Shown: one piece after another, positions 19,513 to 27,573 of the stretch | Layout: each line of letters starts with the position of its first letter | Numbering within the stretch: the first letter of the stretch is position 1 | Origin: a virus | Taxonomy: Duplodnaviria; Caudoviricetes | Reading direction: 5' to 3' (one strand) | DNA length: 32,483 bases | Virus record (IMG/VR): IMGVR_UViG_3300044513_000078 | Span: 1-32,483 of that record | Translations under genes and position numbers: made by a program | Notes under the pieces: generated by a model | What the model was told of the DNA's origin: nothing | The model's database searches: none | The model's input: the letters and a program-made list of their open reading frames with translations, nothing else

Positions 19513-20228
19513 TTACTTAACCCTCTTTCTTTTACTAGAAGCATCAGAAACAAATTCATCAAGAGAAACTGTTTGCCTTGGTCTATTACGACCTCTTTTT
19601 TTATCAAGTTCTTTTTTCCACCAGCCTTTAGGTGGATTGTTAACATCAACTATATTTTCTTCAGCACCTTGATAGGTTTCACCCTCTACATAAGAAGAAT
19701 AGTGGGGTGCATAGAAATTAGAAGTATCTATAGGTAGGTTGGTAAGCAGTATCATAAACTTTCTCCAAGTTATATTTAATGGTTCACTAATTGTATAGTG
19801 TCGTTGAAAGTCTGATTCTACAGCAGCCCAGCGTAGCCATATCTCACTGAGCTTAAAGACTATTTTGGGGAGCCATCCTCTTCATCGGTTTCAGCTTCTA
19901 CTTCTGTATCAGCATCATCCTGAGCTAAATTATATTGCTCAAGCAAATAAGTTAGCAAATCTTCAAGTTGGTTCCATGTAGCACCATTATCGAGCATTTC
20001 ATCAAGTTTTTCTTGACCTACGATTGATGCTAACCACTCTGGAATAGCTTGAGTAGGCATACTTCCTGTCTCATCCATCCAACGCATTTGTGCAAGAACA
20101 GTTCTTGCTGGTAAAGCATGTGGGAAAGTGTAAACAACCCCAGCAATTTTTACTACTATTGACTTCTCTTCTGCTTCTTCCAAAGCTAAGTCAAAGTCTT
20201 TAACTTCTTTTAATTTTTTGTCAGCCAC
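19513..20228 (-). CDS. Tail assembly chaperone, long form (G-T type) via -1 frameshift, ~238 aa
   Basis: The -1 frame after C CCA AAA reads IVFKLSEIWLRWAAVESDFQRHYTISEPLNITWRKFMILLTNLP... and is continuous with the 80-aa ORF 19513..19755. Confidence 0.9.
19860..20228 (-). CDS. Tail assembly chaperone, short form (G type), 122 aa
   Basis: GTG start with AGGAGG RBS; position after the major tail gene; acidic C-terminus ending in the slippery site. Confidence 0.9.
   Translation of the reverse strand: MADKKLKEVKDFDLALEEAEEKSIVVKIAGVVYTFPHALPARTVLAQMRWMDETGSMPTQAIPEWLASIVGQEKLDEMLDNGATWNQLEDLLTYLLEQYNLAQDDADTEVEAETDEEDGSPK
19863..19869 (-). other. Programmed -1 ribosomal frameshift slippery heptamer C CCA AAA
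   Basis: X XXY YYZ in the correct frame, immediately before the TAG of the chaperone gene, between the major tail and tape measure genes. Confidence 0.9.
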
Positions 20229-20268
20229 ACTGACCTCCTATCACTATCATTATTATTTTTTAACCTTA

Positions 20269-20916
20269 TTAGTTAATGTCGAATACATCGCTATCGTTTG
20301 TATTATCAATAATTCTAAACAATTCAAGGAATTGATTTGTTGATTGTACAGACTTTGGCTTAAGTACTTTGAACTCAGTTGCAACAACAACCTTCTGAGG
20401 TGCTTTTTGGTGAGCCATTGAAAAAGCTCCAACATTGATAGCACGAGGAATTTCCACATGTCTATCAGCACCAGCAGGACCATCAACAATTAACAATAAT
20501 GATTTCTCATCATAGTCGTCTGTTGAAGGTGGTTTTAAGCTGTCGTATCCTGATGCATAATCAGTATCATCTTCTGTGAAAGTACCACCAGCAAGAGCAA
20601 CTTGTAAGTTACTCATAGATGCCTGTGCTAATTCACCAGTTAATCTAACTTCTTGTGCAGTTTTGAATGTTGCAATTGGGTCAATTTCTTCAGCGACCAT
20701 AATGTCTTCAAATGTTTTATCCATTTCAAGAGTCCAGCCGTCTTCGGAATACCCAACGTCGACCCAGTCTGCAGCAGGGTCAGCCCATGCTCCAGTGTTG
20801 TCTCCAGGAAAAGCTACATAGTCTCCAGTAGCGTTACCATCATTGGATATTGCTGCAACATAAAGTACACCAGTACCAACAATAACTTCAGATATTGTAC
20901 CATTTGTGTTTGGCAT
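20269..20916 (-). CDS. Major tail (tube) protein, 215 aa
   Basis: GTGVLYVA...WVDVGYSEDGWTLE...ELAQASMSNLQVALAGG pattern of siphovirus tube proteins; AGGAG RBS; position. Confidence 0.92.
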   Translation of the reverse strand: MPNTNGTISEVIVGTGVLYVAAISNDGNATGDYVAFPGDNTGAWADPAADWVDVGYSEDGWTLEMDKTFEDIMVAEEIDPIATFKTAQEVRLTGELAQASMSNLQVALAGGTFTEDDTDYASGYDSLKPPSTDDYDEKSLLLIVDGPAGADRHVEIPRAINVGAFSMAHQKAPQKVVVATEFKVLKPKSVQSTNQFLELFRIIDNTNDSDVFDIN

Positions 20917-20930
20917 AATTTATCTCCTAA

Positions 20931-21257
20931 TTATTCTTCTTCTACTTCAGTATCTTGCAAGACACTGCCATTATCGGCAAAGTCTTCAATGTCTTTATCC
21001 ACATAGTCCTCTGAAGCGTCATTGTCTTCTTCTTCAGTGACTTCCTCATCAACTTCAATAAGCAAAGGATATGCTTTACCATCTAAGGTCCAGCTTTTTT
21101 CCTTTAGCCTATTCCAGTCTTCGGACTCAATTTCCACCCATTCTCCTGTCTGAAAAGTTTTTCCAGACACGACATCTCTTGCTGAGTTTGCTTTATTAAA
21201 TAGAGGGTTAAGTTTAACTTTTACCATCTTATTCTCTTGTTCTTTGTTACTAAACAT
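20931..21257 (-). CDS. Small protein with acidic C-terminal tail (108 aa), unknown function
   Basis: Start moved to ATG 21257 (MFSNKEQ), which is preceded by AGGAG; D/E-rich last ~40 aa. Confidence 0.75.
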   Translation of the reverse strand: MFSNKEQENKMVKVKLNPLFNKANSARDVVSGKTFQTGEWVEIESEDWNRLKEKSWTLDGKAYPLLIEVDEEVTEEEDNDASEDYVDKDIEDFADNGSVLQDTEVEEE

Positions 21258-21264
21258 AATTCTC

Positions 21265-21744
21265 CTAGCTTGCATCTCTATATGTCATAGATAACGCTAT
21301 AGCATATCTTCCTAAACCAGTGGTGGTCTCCTCAATCCTTGTTGGCATTTGTATAATGTCAAAACTATAGATTTTGGCTTTTAGACCATCACTACTTTGT
21401 ATATACCCATTACTATAATTGAAAGCTGACTGGATTATGGTATTTGCAAGGTTCATTGCTTCACCATAATCAGGAACAGCAGTATCATCATTACCACCCC
21501 AACGACCTGCATAGCATTCCATAGGTAAAAGAGCATTTTGTATATGAGCTTCACTTCTAGGATTTAACAAAGAACCACCACTTCTAAATAATACTAAAAA
21601 AGGCATACCAGCATCTCTAGGTAATCTTGTAGCAATTCTTGTACCTACTATGTCTGTAATTGCAGTTTGTTCTAAAGACCAAGCTCTAGCAATAATTTCT
21701 GCATCAGGTGGTACTTTTTGATTTGTATTTCTTGTATTAGGCAT
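21265..21744 (-). CDS. Tail terminator protein (DUF3168/gp17-like), 159 aa
   Basis: PDAE...ITDIVGTRIATRLP...PFLVLFRSGG...ECYA pattern; located upstream of the major tail gene. Confidence 0.82.
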   Translation of the reverse strand: MPNTRNTNQKVPPDAEIIARAWSLEQTAITDIVGTRIATRLPRDAGMPFLVLFRSGGSLLNPRSEAHIQNALLPMECYAGRWGGNDDTAVPDYGEAMNLANTIIQSAFNYSNGYIQSSDGLKAKIYSFDIIQMPTRIEETTTGLGRYAIALSMTYRDAS

Positions 21745-21775
21745 ATCTGTATTCTATACTTGCAAAATAAAATTA
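21745..21775 (-). promoter_or_regulatory. Putative leaderless promoter: TAATTTTATTTT-N7-TAGAAT-N6-ATG
   Basis: No SD upstream of ATG 21744; TANNNT hexamer 6 nt upstream; motif shared with 25864-25894 and 27485-27516. Confidence 0.55.
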
Positions 21776-24700
21776 GAAGTATCTTTTACCAAGGAAGTCT
21801 CTAATTTTTTTTCTTTGTTCAGTCAAGTCACCAGAATATTTTCTTTCTAATGAATTAACTATTTCTAATACTTGACCTCTTGTTGTAGGACTTATAACTT
21901 TTAGATTAAGTATCTCTTCCCCAGTTGCTTGCCTAGATAAAAGTGAAAGAATTATATTTGTAAATTTACTATCTCCAGTAGCAAAAAACATAACGCCTAA
22001 AGCTGTAATTGACTGAGGGTCTTCAGCTTCAAATGATAAATTTTCTAATTCTCTTCTAAATTCAGAGCCTTTTGAAAAATCTAACCTTTTTTTTCTTTTA
22101 GTATCTATCAAAGCATTTTCTGTATCCATGATGTCGCCTTGTATTTTAACTTTGTTCATACCTGCATTTATATATAATCTTCTTACTTTATTAAAAGAAG
22201 TAATTAGAGATGCATCAACAGTTTGTATAAATTGTTCAAATGTGCTGTCAGGTGTCACACCTCTATCTGCATATGAGCCAGCAATTGTTTTACCACCTGC
22301 AACATCACTAGGAATATCTTCAAGATAGTTGACACCACTGTCAGGGTCTTCAAAATAACTAAAGACCACTTCTCTATAATCGTAATCACCATCTAGTGGC
22401 ACTTGTGCTTCAGCTTGTATTAATCGAGCTTCTAATTGACCAGTAGAAGTAAAAGAAAAATCTATACCTTGAGCCCTTAATTCACTTTCCATTTCACTAT
22501 AAAGTCTTCGTTCAAAATCTTTAAACTCTTCTAGTTGTCTAATTTTGGAAACTGGTAATCCAGTTTTTTCTTTTAATTCATTAATTTTTTGAGCAATAGC
22601 CAGTTTGTTGCTAGCGTTATATGCATCAGCTTGTGCTTGATGAGATGTTCTTGGAAGTTTTTGAGTAGTACCAGTACCTGAAGTAAATACCTCAACAGCT
22701 TTTTGAGTACCACTTTTTGAAGTTTTTTGTATAGCTTTATATCTTTCTTCAATAGACGTAATTGTTTCTTCTGCTGCAATTTCTAAAAATCTACTATCAT
22801 CAATTTTTGCAACCTCTGCTTTAAATTCTATCTGTCTCTGTTGTTCTAATAATTCAGTTCTTTTTAATACTTCATTAGAAATCCAGTTGTCTCTTTCTTC
22901 TAAAGACAAATTAGTAAGGTTTGCACCTTCTGATTTAACAATATCAGGTATTTTCTTAGCTGCTTTTTCGTACTGTTCCATAGAAGAATCATGAATTAAT
23001 GTATAAGAAGTAATTCTTAACTCATCAGCTTTGTAGATAACTGCATCTATAATTGTTGCATTATCTTGTATTCCAGTTCCATGAAATATATTTGCAGGAA
23101 ATCTTGTCATAAATATTTTTTCCATATTTCCATCTTGAATGTCTGTGATAGTTATGGGTCCTAATTGAAAGTTTTTATTAGTTCTAATATAATTTTGTAA
23201 ATATTTTAAAACTCTACCACCTGCATCTGCACCATATTTACCAATTGCATCTTCAACTTTGTCTTGATAGTTATTAAATTGATTATCAGGTTCTGGGTCA
23301 TCAATCATTTTCATAGTAAAGACTTTTTCCTTACCCTCTTCGTCAACCCCAACCATTTGTATTCTGTCACCTGGTCTTTGCAAGTTTTTAATTGCTGCTG
23401 CTTTTTTTCTATCTACCATTGAATCTGCATATTTTCTTTCTCCCATAGGGTCATCAAATAATGATTTCAATGCTTTTTTTTGAACATCAGCATTGTTAAT
23501 TCCTCTAACATTTGTAGCTTCTATTTCAGAAGTCATTAAATCCTTTAACCTTCTGTCCATTAGCATTGTGAAACCTTTTTGCTTTTCAGTAGGTTTTATA
23601 CCACCTTTAATATTTATTCCATCAATTAGTTTTGTAGGTGTTCTAAAGTTTGCATTAATTCCTACAGCTTTTAGAGCTTTGTTACCAGCTTTATTCATAA
23701 ACAAAGTTCTATTGTAAATAAAGTTATCAGCTCTATTGCCTATTTTGAATTGTTTATCTTTTGACCTAGATTTACGCCAATCCATACTGTTAGTAGCTGG
23801 TCCACCAAACTCTATTTGCTGGGCATCAGAAATTGCATCAGCAAATTTAGAACGAGGTGTTTTACCACCAAAGCTAATTGAAAAATTCATAAATGCATCT
23901 GACTTATATTCATCATCAATATGTATTGCTTTTTGTATTTGAAATCTACTAGGTATATAGTTAGGGTCATTTGGATTATTGCTAGATTTTATAACTTTAT
24001 AATTTACTCTTTTATCATCTATTCTTCCATTTTGTTTATTTCCAACAATTGTAGACATTTCGTTATAGTCACTTAAATCTGCTGTTCCTAAAATTGATGA
24101 AAGAATTTCTTTTGCTGCTTTTTGATGACTAAAACCACCACCCTCTGCACCAACCATATTCTTAGAAACTAATCTAACAAATCTCATAGCATTATCAACA
24201 TATGGTCCTGTTTCAGTTCCTCTTGCAATAGATTTAGCCCATGATTTAGCAACAATTCTTCTACCATTATATCTAGGAACTTTAATGCTGTCTCCCCATG
24301 TATTTCTTTTTCTACTTATTTCACCAACTTCTCTACCTAAGTTCCATAAAATATTGTATCTTTTACCAATGCTCTCATTTTCATCTACAGGTCCAAACTT
24401 TGAACTTAATTGACCATAACCTAAAATACCATCTACAAATTCATCAATTTCATCATCACTATGTTGTGATAAAAAATCTCTTAGGTCAGATTTGTCTTTA
24501 TCAGTACCAAAACCAAAGTTGTCATATTTTCGAGATGGTATTGAAATATCTTCTCCTCTTTCATTTTGAACAATTCTTGTTCCTGTAATTTCAAAATCAC
24601 CTTTAGCTCTTCTGTCGTCATACATGGTTGTTAATTTATTACCTTTATCCAAAGTCTGTTTTTCTAAATCGTTCAACACATCATCAATAGGTCTCATTCT

Positions 24701-25516
24701 TCCTGTATTTCCATTAACTAACATTTCGCCACTTCTTTTTCTAGCAACATGTCTTCTGTAATTATCAAGTAAAGCGTTTGGATTATTGCCAGTTGATAAA
24801 TACTTCATATAGTGTTTAGCTTCTGCTGGGTTAGCACCTTGAGTTACTAAGTTTATAAATGTGTCAGAATTTTTTAAGACTGATTGATTGCTTTCAAAAT
24901 CAAAACCATCCATACTTCTTTTTTTGTTTCCACCCATAATTTTCTGTGCTTGACTATATGGGTCTGGTGCACCTGATACAGCAAAAGCAGATGCAGTTAA
25001 AGCCCATTTTCTACCTAATCCAGCACCTTGTGCTAATTGATTTTTTATTTGTCTTTCCATAGATTTAACATTTACAATTGTAAATTCACTGGTAACAAAT
25101 AAATTTGCAGAAACACCTGCAAGTATTTTTTTAGATTGCCTACCAGCTTGAACACGCATCAAACGACTTAAAGGTCCAAATCCACTTGGAACAACTTTGT
25201 TTTGTGCATTTGCTAAAAATTTACCACCTTTAGTCCACATATAACGAGCTGCTAATGATTTAAGTAAATTGTCTGTGACAAAAAATGCTTGTATGTCGTT
25301 GACCATTTGAAGGAAGCCATAAGATGCATTGGTTAAATAATTGGTAGCTTGTGTTTGAGCACCCATTGACTTAGCCCATAACATTGACCTGTTTATTCTA
25401 TATAATCTAGCTTCTTGCCTTTTTTTTAAAATTACATCTTTTCTGTTTTCAGATATAAAAGAGTGCCTTTCAACGAATACTCTTTCTCCGACTTGAGTGT
25501 CTAATCGTTTAGGCAT
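21773..25516 (-). CDS. Giant protein (1247 aa) in the HK97-gp10/tail-completion slot, with dispersed gp10-like motifs
   Basis: Lies between head closure and tail terminator; motifs AVSGAP, SRFQIQKAI, SISFGG, DAQQIEFGG and RTLFMNKA recall gp10 AP..TG.LR.SI / YA..VEFGT / PF.RPA. Confidence 0.6.
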   Translation of the reverse strand: MPKRLDTQVGERVFVERHSFISENRKDVILKKRQEARLYRINRSMLWAKSMGAQTQATNYLTNASYGFLQMVNDIQAFFVTDNLLKSLAARYMWTKGGKFLANAQNKVVPSGFGPLSRLMRVQAGRQSKKILAGVSANLFVTSEFTIVNVKSMERQIKNQLAQGAGLGRKWALTASAFAVSGAPDPYSQAQKIMGGNKKRSMDGFDFESNQSVLKNSDTFINLVTQGANPAEAKHYMKYLSTGNNPNALLDNYRRHVARKRSGEMLVNGNTGRMRPIDDVLNDLEKQTLDKGNKLTTMYDDRRAKGDFEITGTRIVQNERGEDISIPSRKYDNFGFGTDKDKSDLRDFLSQHSDDEIDEFVDGILGYGQLSSKFGPVDENESIGKRYNILWNLGREVGEISRKRNTWGDSIKVPRYNGRRIVAKSWAKSIARGTETGPYVDNAMRFVRLVSKNMVGAEGGGFSHQKAAKEILSSILGTADLSDYNEMSTIVGNKQNGRIDDKRVNYKVIKSSNNPNDPNYIPSRFQIQKAIHIDDEYKSDAFMNFSISFGGKTPRSKFADAISDAQQIEFGGPATNSMDWRKSRSKDKQFKIGNRADNFIYNRTLFMNKAGNKALKAVGINANFRTPTKLIDGINIKGGIKPTEKQKGFTMLMDRRLKDLMTSEIEATNVRGINNADVQKKALKSLFDDPMGERKYADSMVDRKKAAAIKNLQRPGDRIQMVGVDEEGKEKVFTMKMIDDPEPDNQFNNYQDKVEDAIGKYGADAGGRVLKYLQNYIRTNKNFQLGPITITDIQDGNMEKIFMTRFPANIFHGTGIQDNATIIDAVIYKADELRITSYTLIHDSSMEQYEKAAKKIPDIVKSEGANLTNLSLEERDNWISNEVLKRTELLEQQRQIEFKAEVAKIDDSRFLEIAAEETITSIEERYKAIQKTSKSGTQKAVEVFTSGTGTTQKLPRTSHQAQADAYNASNKLAIAQKINELKEKTGLPVSKIRQLEEFKDFERRLYSEMESELRAQGIDFSFTSTGQLEARLIQAEAQVPLDGDYDYREVVFSYFEDPDSGVNYLEDIPSDVAGGKTIAGSYADRGVTPDSTFEQFIQTVDASLITSFNKVRRLYINAGMNKVKIQGDIMDTENALIDTKRKKRLDFSKGSEFRRELENLSFEAEDPQSITALGVMFFATGDSKFTNIILSLLSRQATGEEILNLKVISPTTRGQVLEIVNSLERKYSGDLTEQRKKIRDFLGKRYF

Positions 25517-25863
25517 TATTCTCTATAAAGTAAACTTAAAACCTTAACTATACTTCTACCAACTCTGTTGTTTGAAACACTTACATTATCTATTTCAAAA
25601 TATCTACCTGTACTTGGTTCGTATAATCTGTCAGATGCTTTTATGTCTACAGTTCCTTGAAAAAAACCTGTCCAACTTTGCACAATAGTATTTCTACCAC
25701 CTCTGTTTTCTGTTTCGTTATTAAAAACTAATCTGCATTTAACATTTTCTGTACTATTAGACCATTGTGTGGATTGTAGACCACGAGAATCTACATCAGT
25801 ACTAGATACTCTTTGAATGTGTACTGTGTTAATTAATAATCGTTCTGGATACTTACCTGCCAT
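25516..25863 (-). CDS. Head closure / head-tail joining protein (115 aa)
   Basis: LLINTVHIQR...DSRG...W...VKCRL...DIKASDRL...YFEI pattern of SPP1 gp16-like proteins; start placed at ATG 25863 rather than the TTG at 25884. Confidence 0.85.
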   Translation of the reverse strand: MAGKYPERLLINTVHIQRVSSTDVDSRGLQSTQWSNSTENVKCRLVFNNETENRGGRNTIVQSWTGFFQGTVDIKASDRLYEPSTGRYFEIDNVSVSNNRVGRSIVKVLSLLYRE

Positions 25864-25894
25864 ACCATAAATATAGTATGGCAAAGTAAAATTT
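25864..25894 (-). promoter_or_regulatory. Putative leaderless promoter: AAATTTTACTTT-N7-TATATT-N6-ATG
   Basis: Same spacing as the element at 21745-21775; no SD before ATG 25863. Confidence 0.5.
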
Positions 25895-25905
25895 CTGTCT
25901 TTATA

Positions 25906-26544
25906 TTAAATGCCTAGATTTTCGTTAATTCTTCTAGTCTTTCTTCTTTCTTTCGATTTACAAGTTTTACAAAACAATGACAGACCATCTCTAAACTTTG
26001 AATTGCTATCAAAAGAACTCGGTGAAAGACTTTGTTTACATAACATACAAGTTTTCTTATCTAGCTTGACAGAGTTTTCTTTAATTTTTGAATGGCAGTC
26101 TTTACAATACCTGTTGTATCCATCTTTATACTTAGCTGATTTTTCATATTCATTAATAGATTTATTAATAGAGCATTTGTAACATACTTTTTCTGTAGGA
26201 TTATACGAAGAATTTAAAAAATTATTTCTGGCCTGTTCTGCCTGTTTTGCTAGTTCTATATCTTTTATACACCAAGTTCTAAATTTATCATATCCAACTG
26301 GTAAACCTTCATAAGTTTTTCTAGTTGTTATAGTTCCTATGCCAGATTGTATTCTTTGAATTACTTGTTCTGCTATTTTGTAATCTATTTCATTGCCAAT
26401 AGATAATCCAGCTTCTACTTTAAGTTGTCTTACCCTTTCTACTGAAACACCCCATTCTTTAGACCATTCCTTAAGTAATTTATTAGGATTTCCTATAAAA
26501 AGCTCTTTTGCATCCTCAACACTCGGTGCTTTTTTATTAGGCAT
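25906..26544 (-). CDS. Putative DNA-binding protein (212 aa): N-terminal HTH, TerS-like helical segment, two Cys4 zinc fingers
   Basis: WGVSVERVRQL HTH; two KxCxxC-x17-DG-x4-CKxC units; basic C-terminus; no HNH motif. Confidence 0.7.
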   Translation of the reverse strand: MPNKKAPSVEDAKELFIGNPNKLLKEWSKEWGVSVERVRQLKVEAGLSIGNEIDYKIAEQVIQRIQSGIGTITTRKTYEGLPVGYDKFRTWCIKDIELAKQAEQARNNFLNSSYNPTEKVCYKCSINKSINEYEKSAKYKDGYNRYCKDCHSKIKENSVKLDKKTCMLCKQSLSPSSFDSNSKFRDGLSLFCKTCKSKERRKTRRINENLGI

Positions 26545-26547
26545 AAT

Positions 26548-27210
26548 CTACACGAAAAATGATTTCCTATAAGGTGACAACAAGGTTCTATCAGATTGTG
26601 ATAATGGTGGCATAGATAAAGCATCTAAACCAATATCATAATTAGCTGAGTAGTCACCAATTCTTTCTGATGTTGTTAAGTTAAAATTACCTGCTGTGCC
26701 AGCAGATGTATTTTGGTCTGTAATTTCAGATGGTTCTTGTTGTGATGATACAACTAATACTGCTTCTAATAATCTAGCTGAAGCTCTTGCAGAAACCATT
26801 TTAAATACTGAGGGTAAATCTGTAGAAAGTCCACCACCATGAGCTGTGTAACCAGCATTATAAGTTACTACAATATTTTGCTCTCTAGCATAAGACCATC
26901 TAATACCTATTCTACGAAGTCTTCCATTAGGATAAAATACATAATCAGCACTTGCCCCCTCAGTTAATGTAAAATCATCTTCTACAACAGAAGTTACAGA
27001 CCTAACAGGCATATGTGTTAAAAAGATTTCTTTAGTTTGGTCACCTGTAAATGTTTCAACTTGTTCTTTATATTCAACATCATATCCAACAAATTGAACA
27101 ATTGCTTCATCTACAAATGGTATTAAATTGTTTGTTAAATGTGTCTCTAAATCCGTATCAAAATCAATACGAGTATAAGCCTCCACATCGGCTGCGGTTG
27201 AGAAAGCCAT
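26548..27210 (-). CDS. Head-tail adaptor/connector (gp6/gp15-like), 220 aa
   Basis: FSTAADVEAY...PVRSVTSV...IVVTYNAGY...SERIGDYSANY...LLSPYR; GGAGG RBS; position. Confidence 0.88.
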   Translation of the reverse strand: MAFSTAADVEAYTRIDFDTDLETHLTNNLIPFVDEAIVQFVGYDVEYKEQVETFTGDQTKEIFLTHMPVRSVTSVVEDDFTLTEGASADYVFYPNGRLRRIGIRWSYAREQNIVVTYNAGYTAHGGGLSTDLPSVFKMVSARASARLLEAVLVVSSQQEPSEITDQNTSAGTAGNFNLTTSERIGDYSANYDIGLDALSMPPLSQSDRTLLSPYRKSFFV

Positions 27211-27220
27211 TTAGACCTCC

Positions 27221-27484
27221 TTACTTATCTTCGGTATCGAAATCTTTTAGAGCTTTATCTTCTACTTCTGATTTTTTAACTGCTTTGGCTGGTTTTTTTG
27301 CTGCTTTTTTCTTAGCAGGCTTGTCTTTTTTACCCCAACCTTGCTCTTTGAGCCAGTCAGTTGGATATTCTTTACCAGCTTTAGCAATTAGGTCAGCTTG
27401 TGAAGTTGGCACATCTACTGGGTCACCTTCCCATAACTTTCCATCAGGTAGCTTATAAATATTTTTTTCTGGAATTGTATACAT
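27221..27484 (-). CDS. Small Lys-rich protein downstream of the capsid gene (87-89 aa)
   Basis: PAKKKAAKKPAK low-complexity tail; usual slot for a small head-associated protein; ATG at 27484 or 27490. Confidence 0.75.
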   Translation of the reverse strand: MYTIPEKNIYKLPDGKLWEGDPVDVPTSQADLIAKAGKEYPTDWLKEQGWGKKDKPAKKKAAKKPAKAVKKSEVEDKALKDFDTEDK

Positions 27485-27516
27485 AATCATTAATCCTAAC
27501 TTATAAAATAAAATTA
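27485..27516 (-). promoter_or_regulatory. Putative promoter directly after the capsid terminator: TAATTTTATTTT-N6-TAGGAT-N8-ATG
   Basis: 12-nt block identical to that at 21764-21775; TANNNT hexamer; positioned to restart transcription after the terminator. Confidence 0.5.
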
Positions 27517-27524
27517 CTTGGTAT

Positions 27525-27552
27525 TAGAAAAGCCCTCCGAAGAGGGCTCTTC
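27525..27552 (-). terminator. Intrinsic terminator after the major capsid gene
   Basis: Minus strand AGCCCTC-TTCG-GAGGGCT-TTTCT: 7-bp stem, cUUCGg tetraloop, short U tract, ~25 nt after the stop. Confidence 0.85.
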
Positions 27553-27573
27553 ACACTATCGTCTAAATCAAAC

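Noticed and set aside
25906-26544. HNH or EndoVII homing endonuclease call
   Set aside because: Only the accessory Cys4 fingers are present; no catalytic DH/HNH motif.
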